DNA from: an uncultured Thermoleophilaceae bacterium
GTDB lineage: Bacteria; Actinomycetota; Thermoleophilia; Solirubrobacterales; Thermoleophilaceae
Reading direction: 5' to 3'
DNA: 24,000 nucleotides
Assembly (NCBI GenBank): GCA_963722245.1
Contig: CAVRKM010000003.1
Span: forward strand, 28,572 to 52,571
Both the position numbers and the translations under genes were made by a program. Below the pieces are notes generated by a model, which did not search any database, was not told the origin of the DNA, and saw only the letters and a list, made by a program, of their open reading frames with translations. Below, piece after piece: positions 10,870 through 17,734 of the stretch (the first letter of the stretch is position 1; every line of letters begins with the position of its first letter).

Positions 10870-10919
10870 TGTACCACTCTTGTCCAAGAACTGTATAGCA
10901 CACGTCGAGCTACTGTCAA
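10870..10919 (-). promoter_or_regulatory. Predicted promoter of the FAS1 gene (TTGACA, 18-nt spacer, TACAGT) overlaid by 11-bp-phased TGT/ACA repeats; candidate LitR/CarH operator
   Basis: On the minus strand TTGACA is at 10919-10914 and TACAGT at 10895-10890. On the plus strand TGTAC starts at 10870, TGTCC at 10881, TGTAT at 10892, CGTCG at 10903 and TGTCA at 10914, an exact 11-bp phase. The 10-mer ACTGTATAGC (10890-10899) recurs at the litR promoter. Confidence 0.5.
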
Positions 10920-10975
10920 GACTGCCTCTTCCGGCGCCGTCCACGCCGGGGGCCGGGCAGGTCGTGCACCGGGCG

Positions 10976-11829
10976 CTAGAGCGTGGCGGCGACCGCTACC
11001 GGGTCGCCCGCCAGCACGCGGCAGCCGAGTGAGCGCGCCACGTCATCGCTGGCGCCCAAGCCGGCGATGGCGAGCGCATGGTCCTGAGCGAGCGCGGCCA
11101 GCTTGCTCGCCTCGGCGGCGGAAGCCCTGGGACGTCACGGCGGTTACGACGACGAGCGCCGGGCGCACCCGGTCGGCCGTCTCCGCCACGCTCGCCGCGG
11201 GTGTGTCGGCGCCGAGGAAGACGATCCTCCAGCCCCGTTCCCGCAGCGCCAAGCCGAACACGATGAGCGGCAGATCGTGCTGCTCGCCGGCCGCGCATGC
11301 GAGCAGGGCGATGCGGCCACCGCCCCGTTCCCATCCTCGCGCCAGGGCGAGTAGCCGGCCACGAATCAGGTTGCTGGCGAAGTGCTCCTGCGCGATCGAC
11401 ACCGCGCCTTGCTCCCAGCGGCTACCCAGGTCCCGCAGGTACGGGAGGATCACCCCGGACAGGGCGGTCTCGACCATGAACGTCCAGAAGACCTCGTCGA
11501 GCGCGGCATGGGCATCCTCGGCGTCCATAGTCGTCGAGGGCGGCCGTGAGCCGCTCGCGCGCGAGATGCAGTGCGCTCTCGTTGCCTCCCGTGCCGAGCT
11601 CAGGCTCCGCGAGCGCCAAGCGCGCGGCCTCGGCGGCGGAGATGCCGCGCTCGAGCTCTGCCTGCATCGCCCGGACCCGACGCTCGTCGTCGGGCGAATA
11701 CAGGCGCAGGCCGCCACCGGTGCGCGCGGGGTCGAGGAGCCCGTAGCGGCGCTCCCAGGCTCTCAGGAGCTCCGGACTCACACCGGTCCGGCGGCTGAGC
11801 TCGCCGATCCGCAGGGTGTGCACGCTCAT
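10976..11829 (-). CDS. litR: MerR-family, B12-binding light-responsive regulator (LitR/CarH type). The frame is broken twice as assembled (~11525 and ~11115-11135).
   Basis: The N-terminal MerR HTH is MSVHTLRIGELSRRTGVSPELLRAWERRYGLLDPARTGGGLRLYSPDD. The Wx9EH motif is RWEQGAVSIAQEH (W codon 11417-11415). The B12-binding segment GEQHDLPLIVFGLALRERGWRIVFLGADTP has its His codon at 11279-11277. The C-terminus is recovered in a third frame (AAEASKLAALAQDHALAIAGLGASDDVARSLGCRVLAGDPVAVAATL, stop at 10978-10976). Confidence 0.8.
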
Positions 11830-11832
11830 CGC

Positions 11833-11865
11833 TGTACTGTATAGCTTTTGTACAGAGGTGTGGAA
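11833..11865 (-). promoter_or_regulatory. Predicted leaderless litR promoter (TCCACA, 17-nt spacer, TACAGT) with TGT/ACA repeats; candidate autoregulatory operator
   Basis: TACAGT is at 11841-11836 and the A of the ATG (11829) is the 7th nt after it. TCCACA is at 11864-11859. Plus-strand TGT starts at 11833, 11838, 11849 and 11859. ACTGTATAGC at 11836-11845 is identical to 10890-10899. Confidence 0.45.
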
Positions 11866-11910
11866 GGACACGGGCGCCTCGCCCGCGAAGCTGTCTCGCC
11901 CCTGACGCTT

Positions 11911-12621
11911 ATGGCGGTCCAGCTCTTTCGCCATCGCGATCAGGACCCGTCCGTAGATGACAACGCACTGGTGACCTTCGCCCAAGAAGGTTTGCCGGTG
12001 ACCGAGGAGTACGACGGAGGCCGTCTCTTGACGCGCGTCAACGGGCGGCGGATGATCACGCCGCTCGTCCTCGTGCTGCTTGCGATCGGCAGCACGGACA
12101 TCCTGTTCGCACTGGACTCCATCCCGGCGGTCTTCGGCGTCACGGAGGAGACGTTCATCGTGTTCGCGGCCAAGGCGTTCGCCTTGCTCGGCCTGCGCGC
12201 GCTGTTCTTCCTGGTCACTGGACTGCTGGACCGGCTCGTCTACCTCTCAACGGGCCTATCGCTCATCCTCGCCTTCATCGGCGCCAAGCTCGTGCTGCAC
12301 TGGGGCCACCTCCAGAACCCCCATGTCCCTGAAATCTCCACCGGGGCATCGCTCGTGGTCATCGCGGTCGTGCTCGGTATCACGACCCTCGCCAGCCTCA
12401 CCGAAGTGCGCCGGAACCCGACCGGCGAGCGCATGCTGGTTCGCTGCGCTCGCACCCGCCGGAGTCCCCGCCCCGCCGCGGGCCGACCGAAACACCGTCA
12501 AAGGCGCCCAAGGGCCCATGGCAACGAAGCGGCCGAAGTGATTCGGCACCCTCGACCTCCTGAACGGCAAGCGGAACGTGAAGTGCCCGTTCGCCGCGGA
12601 TATCCCTGCAAACACGCATGA
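11911..12621 (+). pseudogene. TerC-family membrane protein, C-terminal half only (5'-truncated remnant)
   Basis: GRRMITPLVLVLLAIGSTDILFALDSIPAVFGVTEETFIVFAAKAFALLGLRALFFLV matches the TerC core. The N-terminal ~4 TM segments are absent and the remnant begins at the litR promoter. The Arg-rich tail after ~12430 looks non-native. Confidence 0.6.
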
Positions 12622-12797
12622 TCAGGCGGTTGCGGGCGACGAGCCAGGCGCGGGCGCGGTCGTGACGTTCTGCACCATCCCGGGAACGTCTTAACCGGCG
12701 CGGACGGAGCCCGGTTTGTGCGACAGCCCCCATGGGAAGCGGCAGCGGCGGGCCGGGCGGCGGCGTCGCTCCAGACCTGTGGCCCGCCCGCGTCCGC

Positions 12798-13583
12798 TCA
12801 GCCGCCTGCGAGCGCGCCGGCGTAGACCTGCCATGCCAGCGCGCTCTTGGCGACCAAGCTGAGGATCAGGTAGACGCGCTCGGCGAACGCCGGGTCCGCC
12901 CAACGGCCGCGCTCACGGTACTGCAGCCACATGTTGACCGCGAACGTGTTGAAGAGCAGGAACAGCGTGACGAAGATCGCGACGACGAACCCGGGGACCC
13001 CGTTGCCGTCGCTAGTCGAGACGACGAGTTGGGCCGTGATCGCGATCCACGGGACGGCGCCAACCACGCACCCGAAGATGAACGGCCGCCAGTCCACCTC
13101 GTCACGGCCGGCGTTCACCTGCTCCTGCACAAGCCCGAAAAGGATCATCGCCGCATTCGCCCCGAACAGCGCGATCAGCGCGACGAGCTCGCTGACCCCA
13201 GCGAGCATCGCGATGAGCACGACCATGAGCGACGCGCTGACCGAGTACTCCCACCAGCGCGCCGGATTGATCCCGCGCGCAACGTTCGCCTCGTACCAGC
13301 GGCGCGGCCGCCCGCCGCTCAGCGTGAGGTGGTCGACCGCGGCGAGCAACAGAAACGCCGCGACCAGCCAGTCGATCCGCACACTGCCCAGGCTCGCGGA
13401 GCCGAAGTCGCCGGCGCCGGGCGGGCCGACCAGGAACGACGCCGTGATCGGGAGCGAGGCGGCAGTCGCGATCGCGAGCAGGACGACCGCCTGAAGCGCG
13501 TGCACGGAACCGACGATGACGTTCAGACGGCGCAGTCGGGAGGCCGCCGCGGCGTCGAGCTGGGCTGGCGCACGATCGGGCAT
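12798..13583 (-). CDS. Heliorhodopsin (7-TM retinal protein, HeR family)
   Basis: The 261-aa product is colinear with the 48C12 prototype as I recall it: LNVIVGSVHALQAVVLLA, RWWEYSVSASLMVVLIAMLAGVSELVALIALFGANAAMILFG, FGCVVGAVPWI, VPGFVVAIFVTLFLLFNTFAVNMWLQY and YLILSLVAKSALAWQ. H28, H85, E112 and K246 align with H23, H80, E107 and K241 at a constant +5 offset. The Lys codon is at 12848-12846. Confidence 0.9.
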   Translation of the reverse strand: MPDRAPAQLDAAAASRLRRLNVIVGSVHALQAVVLLAIATAASLPITASFLVGPPGAGDFGSASLGSVRIDWLVAAFLLLAAVDHLTLSGGRPRRWYEANVARGINPARWWEYSVSASLMVVLIAMLAGVSELVALIALFGANAAMILFGLVQEQVNAGRDEVDWRPFIFGCVVGAVPWIAITAQLVVSTSDGNGVPGFVVAIFVTLFLLFNTFAVNMWLQYRERGRWADPAFAERVYLILSLVAKSALAWQVYAGALAGG

Positions 13584-13795
13584 GTCCCCAAAGGTACGGT
13601 CGCGGGAGAGAAACGGACCCCGCGTGCCCGGAGGGGTGTCACGGGGATGCCGGACAACAGCGAAGCACGGCGCAAGCTGTAGCCCGAGAGAGCGACTTCT
13701 ACGGAGGGTGGATGACCGCCGACCTGATCGATCCCCTTCAAGGGACCGCCGGGCAGGCTCGGCTGGTGAGGCCGGGGCTGCCGGCGGCTTCGCCT

Positions 13796-14227
13796 TCAGC
13801 GATTGAGTTCGCGCTCGAGCCCGGCCCTCGCGTTGTCCCCGAGGCGCTTGAACATCAGGCCCAGGATCGGATCGGCGAGCTTCAGCAGGCCCTTGGGACG
13901 CAGGTCGGCATCGTAGGTGACCTCGGAGCCGCCGTCAGCGCCGGGCCGGAATGTGATCGTGTCTTCGGAGACGACCGTCGAGCTTTCGGCCCGGACAACG
14001 ATCCGCTCCGGCCGCTCGAAGGTCATGGTCCGGTAGACGAACGGCAGCTCCCGGCCTGCGAAGCGAACGACGACCTCGAATTCCGTGCCGAGCCCCGGTT
14101 GTTCGCCGAGCATCCGGGCGCTGACCGCGGTCTCGTCCCACTCCCTGACGGAGCTGAAGTCGGCCAGGTAGTCGAAGGCCTCGCCCTGGGGCTTGCGTGA
14201 GTGCACGGTGGCCACGTAGCGGGCCAT
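13796..14227 (-). CDS. SRPBCC (START/polyketide cyclase-dehydrase-like) family protein
   Basis: The 143-aa reading starts at the ATG at 14227, preceded by AAGGAGG. MARYVATVHSRKPQGEAFDYLADFSSVREWD...TYDADLRPKGLLKLADPILGLMFKRLGDNA is typical of the small SRPBCC ligand-binding fold. Confidence 0.7.
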   Translation of the reverse strand: MARYVATVHSRKPQGEAFDYLADFSSVREWDETAVSARMLGEQPGLGTEFEVVVRFAGRELPFVYRTMTFERPERIVVRAESSTVVSEDTITFRPGADGGSEVTYDADLRPKGLLKLADPILGLMFKRLGDNARAGLERELNR

Positions 14228-14338
14228 CAGTCGCCCTCCTTGCCGCCGGAGGCGATCGTCGGCACCGTCCCGGCATCCTCGCTCCAGCCGGAGAGACGGG
14301 AGCATTCGTCCCAAAGTCGCTCGCGGTCGGCCTCGGAC

Positions 14339-15247
14339 TCACGCGTCCACGGCACCCGGTGGGTGGACCGCGGGCGCGCGGTCGTGCCAGAACAGACCCG
14401 GGCGCTCGGCAGGCTCGGCGGCCGTCGCGAGCCAGACGATCGTGTCGGCCGCCTGGTCGGCGCTGCGGAGCAGCGGGCGCATCAGCTTGCGGAAGCGGGG
14501 CAGTGACGTCTGCACGCCGGGCGTGTCCGCCCAGCCCGGGTGCATGGCGTGGACGCCGATTCCGGTTTCGCGAAGCCGCTCAGCCCAGAGTTCGGTGAGG
14601 ATCACCTCGCAGCGTTTGGTGTGTGCGTAGAACGCCGGCGGGTCGTACTCGCGGCGCTCCAGCTGGAGGTCATCGGCGCAGAGCCGTTGCGTGTACATGC
14701 CGCCCGAGGAGACGTTGATCACCCGCGAAGGCGCGCCGCGGCGCAGGGCCGGCAACAGCAGGTTGGTGAGCAGAAACGGGCCGAGCACGTTGGTCGCGAA
14801 GGTGAGCTCGAAACCCTCCTCGGTGTGAGTGCGCGTGGACGGCATCACGCCGGCGTTGTTGACGAGCACATGAAGCTCGCCGTGCTCGCTGACGAAGCGA
14901 GAGCTGAACTCACGCACCGAGGCGAGGCTGGACACGTCGCAGACCTCTACCTCCAGGTGGTCGGAGCCGGTGCGCTCGGAGATGCGAGCCCTGGCTCTCT
15001 CGCCCTTTTCACGGTCACGGACGAGCATGTGCACGGTAGCGCCAAGGCCCGCGAACCGCTCGCACGCGGAGGCGCCGATCCCCGCTCCGGCGCCGGTGAC
15101 CAGCACCGACCAACCTGCCGGGGCCGCCTTCGGATCGGGGTCGTTCCAGAACCGCTCCCGCACGGCAAACCCGAGCCTGCTGTAGCCGGGCAGGACAGTC
15201 CAATCGAGGGTCTTGTCGAGGAGGCCGGAGATCAAGGCTCCATTCAC
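14339..15247 (-). CDS. Short-chain dehydrogenase/reductase (DHRS12/retinol-dehydrogenase-like subfamily)
   Basis: GTG start at 15247 follows AGGAGAGG. Motifs are VLVTGAGAGIGAS (TGxxxGxG), NNAG and YAHTKRCEV (YxxxK), with the N-terminal LDKTLDWTVLPGYSRLGF extension. The rest of ORF 14339..15967 upstream is out-of-frame overlap with the next gene. Confidence 0.8.
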   Translation of the reverse strand: MNGALISGLLDKTLDWTVLPGYSRLGFAVRERFWNDPDPKAAPAGWSVLVTGAGAGIGASACERFAGLGATVHMLVRDREKGERARARISERTGSDHLEVEVCDVSSLASVREFSSRFVSEHGELHVLVNNAGVMPSTRTHTEEGFELTFATNVLGPFLLTNLLLPALRRGAPSRVINVSSGGMYTQRLCADDLQLERREYDPPAFYAHTKRCEVILTELWAERLRETGIGVHAMHPGWADTPGVQTSLPRFRKLMRPLLRSADQAADTIVWLATAAEPAERPGLFWHDRAPAVHPPGAVDA

Positions 15248-15885
15248 GCTACCTCTCCTGACTCTGCGGGCGTCCTCATGGCCTTCGTCGAGCGCGACGG
15301 CTGAGCGGAGTAATGGCCCGACGACCCTCGATGCGCAGGCCGCTCGCAACCGGACGAAGACCAGAAGCCCCGAAGTGCGAGCCGCCATCCGGCGCAGACG
15401 TGCCAGCGATCGGCCCGGACGTGCGCACACCAGCGGTCGCGCAGCGCGGCGATCTCGGCAAAGGCCTGTGGGTGCTCTGTCCCGAGCAGCGTGTAGGCCT
15501 CGGGCTTGGCCACCGTCAGCGAGGCCAGCACCTGCGGCGTCGTGACCGCCACATACAGCCCGGTCGCCCCACCCCAGAAGAACCCGATGAGATGAACCGG
15601 CTCGCCGACATGGTTCACGACGGCATGGACCTGGTCGGCGTAGTCGTCGAGGGTCCTCTGCCCTGGAGTGCCGGAGCCGTCGCCGTCGCGGTACGCGTCC
15701 ACCGCGATCAGCCGGTACCCCTCTGGCCACAGCGAGAACACCGCCCGCCACTCGCCGGCGCTGCCCACGCCACTGTGCAGGAACACCGCCGCGGTGCCGT
15801 TGCCGCGCTCGACGATCCGGTTTGCTGTGGCGGTACGTCGCGACGGCGGTCGACCGGGTGCTGCCGGGGCTCGGGCGAGGTGCAC
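15244..15885 (-). CDS. Alpha/beta-hydrolase-fold protein, short and probably degraded, with Phe at the nucleophile position
   Basis: GTAAVFLHSGVGSAGEWRAVF...YRLIAVD...VHLIGFFWGGATG fits the fold (oxyanion HG, nucleophile elbow GxSxG read as GFFWG). The C-terminal ~60 aa is Trp/Cys/Arg-rich and lacks the Asp/His region. The stop overlaps the SDR start in GTGA. Confidence 0.5.
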   Translation of the reverse strand: MHLARAPAAPGRPPSRRTATANRIVERGNGTAAVFLHSGVGSAGEWRAVFSLWPEGYRLIAVDAYRDGDGSGTPGQRTLDDYADQVHAVVNHVGEPVHLIGFFWGGATGLYVAVTTPQVLASLTVAKPEAYTLLGTEHPQAFAEIAALRDRWCAHVRADRWHVCAGWRLALRGFWSSSGCERPAHRGSSGHYSAQPSRSTKAMRTPAESGEVA

Positions 15886-15899
15886 TGCGGCGGCCCGGC

Positions 15900-16345
15900 G
15901 TGGCGGGCAGCCCGTCGAGGGCCGCGGTCGACGAACTCCTCAACGGCGCCGCCGGGCTGCGGCGCAAGCTGGTGATCGTGCTTGGCGATCTCCACGCGGT
16001 GACCAGCCAGGAATGCCTGGCGTCGATCGACTACGCCCTCGCGCACTTTCCTGCGAACACGCACGTCGTCCTCGTTACACGCGTCGATCCGGCGCTCAGG
16101 CTCGCGCGTTTGCGCGCCGGGCGATGCGCTCGCCGAGGTGCGTGCTGATCTCGCGTTGACCCACGCCGAGGCCCACGAGCTGGTCGTGGTGCTCGGTCAT
16201 CTCGAGCTCGCTGCGGAGCAGATCGACGTGCTCGTCGAGCCCACCGAGGGCTGGCCCCGCGGCGCTCGTCCCCGCCTGGCTGTGGCTGCGGACCGTCGAC
16301 GATCCGGCGCGGGCCCGTGCGGGCGTTCGGAGGAGACCACCGCCT
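15900..16345 (+). pseudogene. Central fragment of a MalT/LuxR-type large ATP-dependent regulator (both ends missing, several frame breaks)
   Basis: KLVIVLGDLHAVTSQECLASIDYALAHFPANTHVVLVTRVDPALRLARLRA is followed, in other frames, by DLALTHAEAHELVVVLGHLELAAEQIDVLVEPTEGWP, AALV..WLWLRTVDDP and VRAFGGDHR. There is no NTPase P-loop and no C-terminal HTH. Confidence 0.55.
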
Positions 16346-16642
16346 TCATGCGCCGAGTGCATGGCCGACCTTGACGATGACATAGCCGAGGCCCGCCGCC
16401 CCGAATGCGCGGCGCAGCCAGTTCGTGCCGTCCGCCAGCTCCTCCCACGCCCACGCCGCGAGGCCGGTGTAGAACGTGGCACGCGCGTAGGCATGCGCCG
16501 AGCCGTCCGTCAGCGCCGCGACGAGCCACCCGCCCAGCGCGACGAGCAGCGGCGCGTTCGGGAACTGCGCGACCGGGTAGCTCGCCGGCCAGCCGTGCTG
16601 CCCGCGCCGCCAGGGGTCCCTCGGTGTCGATGTGGTGCTCAC
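16346..16642 (-). CDS. Small hypothetical membrane protein
   Basis: ~98 aa from the GTG at 16642: FPNAPLLVALGGWLVAALTDGSAHAYARATFYTGLAAWAWEELADGTNWLRRAFGAAGLGYVIVKV. It is protein-like in composition and divergent from the acyltransferase gene. The start codon is uncertain. Confidence 0.45.
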   Translation of the reverse strand: MSTTSTPRDPWRRGQHGWPASYPVAQFPNAPLLVALGGWLVAALTDGSAHAYARATFYTGLAAWAWEELADGTNWLRRAFGAAGLGYVIVKVGHALGA

Positions 16643-16732
16643 CGGTGCTGAACCTAGCGGTCGCCCGCCGGGATCGCAGAGAATGGCGACGTGGAGCGGG
16701 GAGGCGTCGACGAGACCCGCGCGGAGACCGTC

Positions 16733-17734
16733 ATGCGACGGCTGCGCACGATCCCGCCGCGCGTGCTGGGGTTGCTGCTGGTCACGGTGCTGCTGCCCGG
16801 TGCTGCTCGTCGTCGCCGTCGTGATCGACGCGCTGCGCCGGGTGGCGTTTGGCGTGCCGCCGACGGCCGCGCGGCTCGTCCTGTTCCTCTGGGTGTACCT
16901 CGCCGCCGAGGTCGCGGGCGTCGCCGCGCTGGCGACGCTGTGGGTCGCGAGCCTCGGCGGCCGGCGCAGCGCCTGGCTGCGTGAGATGACCTGGCGCGTC
17001 CAGCAGCTGTGGGCCGGCGCGCTGCTCGGCGCGGTGCGTGCGCTGTTCCGGCTGCGGCTCGAGGTCGCGGGTGGCGACGAGGTCGCGCCGGGGCCCGTGA
17101 TCGTGCTGATCCGCCACGCGAGCATCGTCGACAACCTGCTGCCGGCGAACCTCGTCGCCCGCCCGCACGGGATCCGCCTGCGCTACGTGCTCAAGCGCGA
17201 GCTGCTCGCCGATCCCTGCCTCGACATCGCCGGGCGACGGCTGCCGAACTACTTCGTGCGCCGCGGAACGGGCGAGGCGCAGGAGCTCGAGCGGGTGCGG
17301 GCGCTCGCCCACGGCCTCGGGACCCGGCGACGGCGTGCTGATCTATCCCGAGGGGACCCGCTTCACGCCGGAGCGCCGCGCCCGCGCGATCGCGCGCATC
17401 GCCGAGCGCGACGCGCGACCTGGCCGCGCGGGCGGAGCGGATCCGGCATCTGCTGCCGCCGCGCCTCGGCGGCGTCGGCGCGCTGCTCGACGGCGCACCG
17501 GACGCCGACGTCGTGGTGATCGCCCACCACGGCTTCGACGGCCTGCGGCTGATCTCGGACATCTGGCGCGGCGGCCTCGTCGGGCTCGTGGTCCGGGTGC
17601 GCGTGACGCGGGTGCCGCGGTGCGCGGTGCCCGAGGCGGATGCCGCCCGCGCGGACTGGCTCTACGAGCTCTGGCAGGACGTCGACGACTGGCTCGACGA
17701 GCAGTTCGAAGAGCGCCGCCGCGCGGATACCGGC
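16733..17734 (+). CDS. PlsC-family lysophospholipid/1-acyl-glycerol-3-phosphate acyltransferase. The frame is broken 3 times as assembled (~16798, ~17320, ~17410).
   Basis: MRRLRTIPPRVLGLLLVTVLLP continues in another frame as VLLVVAVVIDALRR. Motifs follow: VLIRHASIVDNLL (HxxxxD), GDGVLIYPEGTRFTPERR (next frame) and RIRHLLPPRLGGVGALLDG...VVVIAHHGFDG (next frame). No stop precedes the DUF1295 start in that last frame. Confidence 0.7.

Noticed and set aside
12398-12733. Minus-strand ORF containing ARAWLVARNRLIMRVCRDIR, reminiscent of ECF sigma region 2 (a possible LitS-like partner of LitR)
   Set aside because: The resemblance is a single short stretch, with no region 4 and no credible start or stop context. 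The rest of the ORF is compositionally off-frame. This is too weak to call.
12732-13682. Plus-strand ORFs 12732..13682 and 19248..20615 share a long identical peptide (ACERAGVDLPCQRALGDQAEDQVD...).
   Set aside because: Both are antisense shadows of the duplicated heliorhodopsin sequence. The shared peptide only reflects the DNA repeat.
13584-13795. Search for the LitR-type motif or 11-bp-phased TGT upstream of the heliorhodopsin
   Set aside because: Only a weak CTGTAGC (13677-13683) is present, with no phased repeats and no -35 element. Direct LitR control of the heliorhodopsin is therefore not supported by the sequence.
14339-15967. 542-aa ORF that looks like one large protein
   Set aside because: Only the C-terminal ~302 aa (from the GTG at 15247) is a real SDR. 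The N-terminal part is an out-of-frame read-through across the alpha/beta-hydrolase gene.
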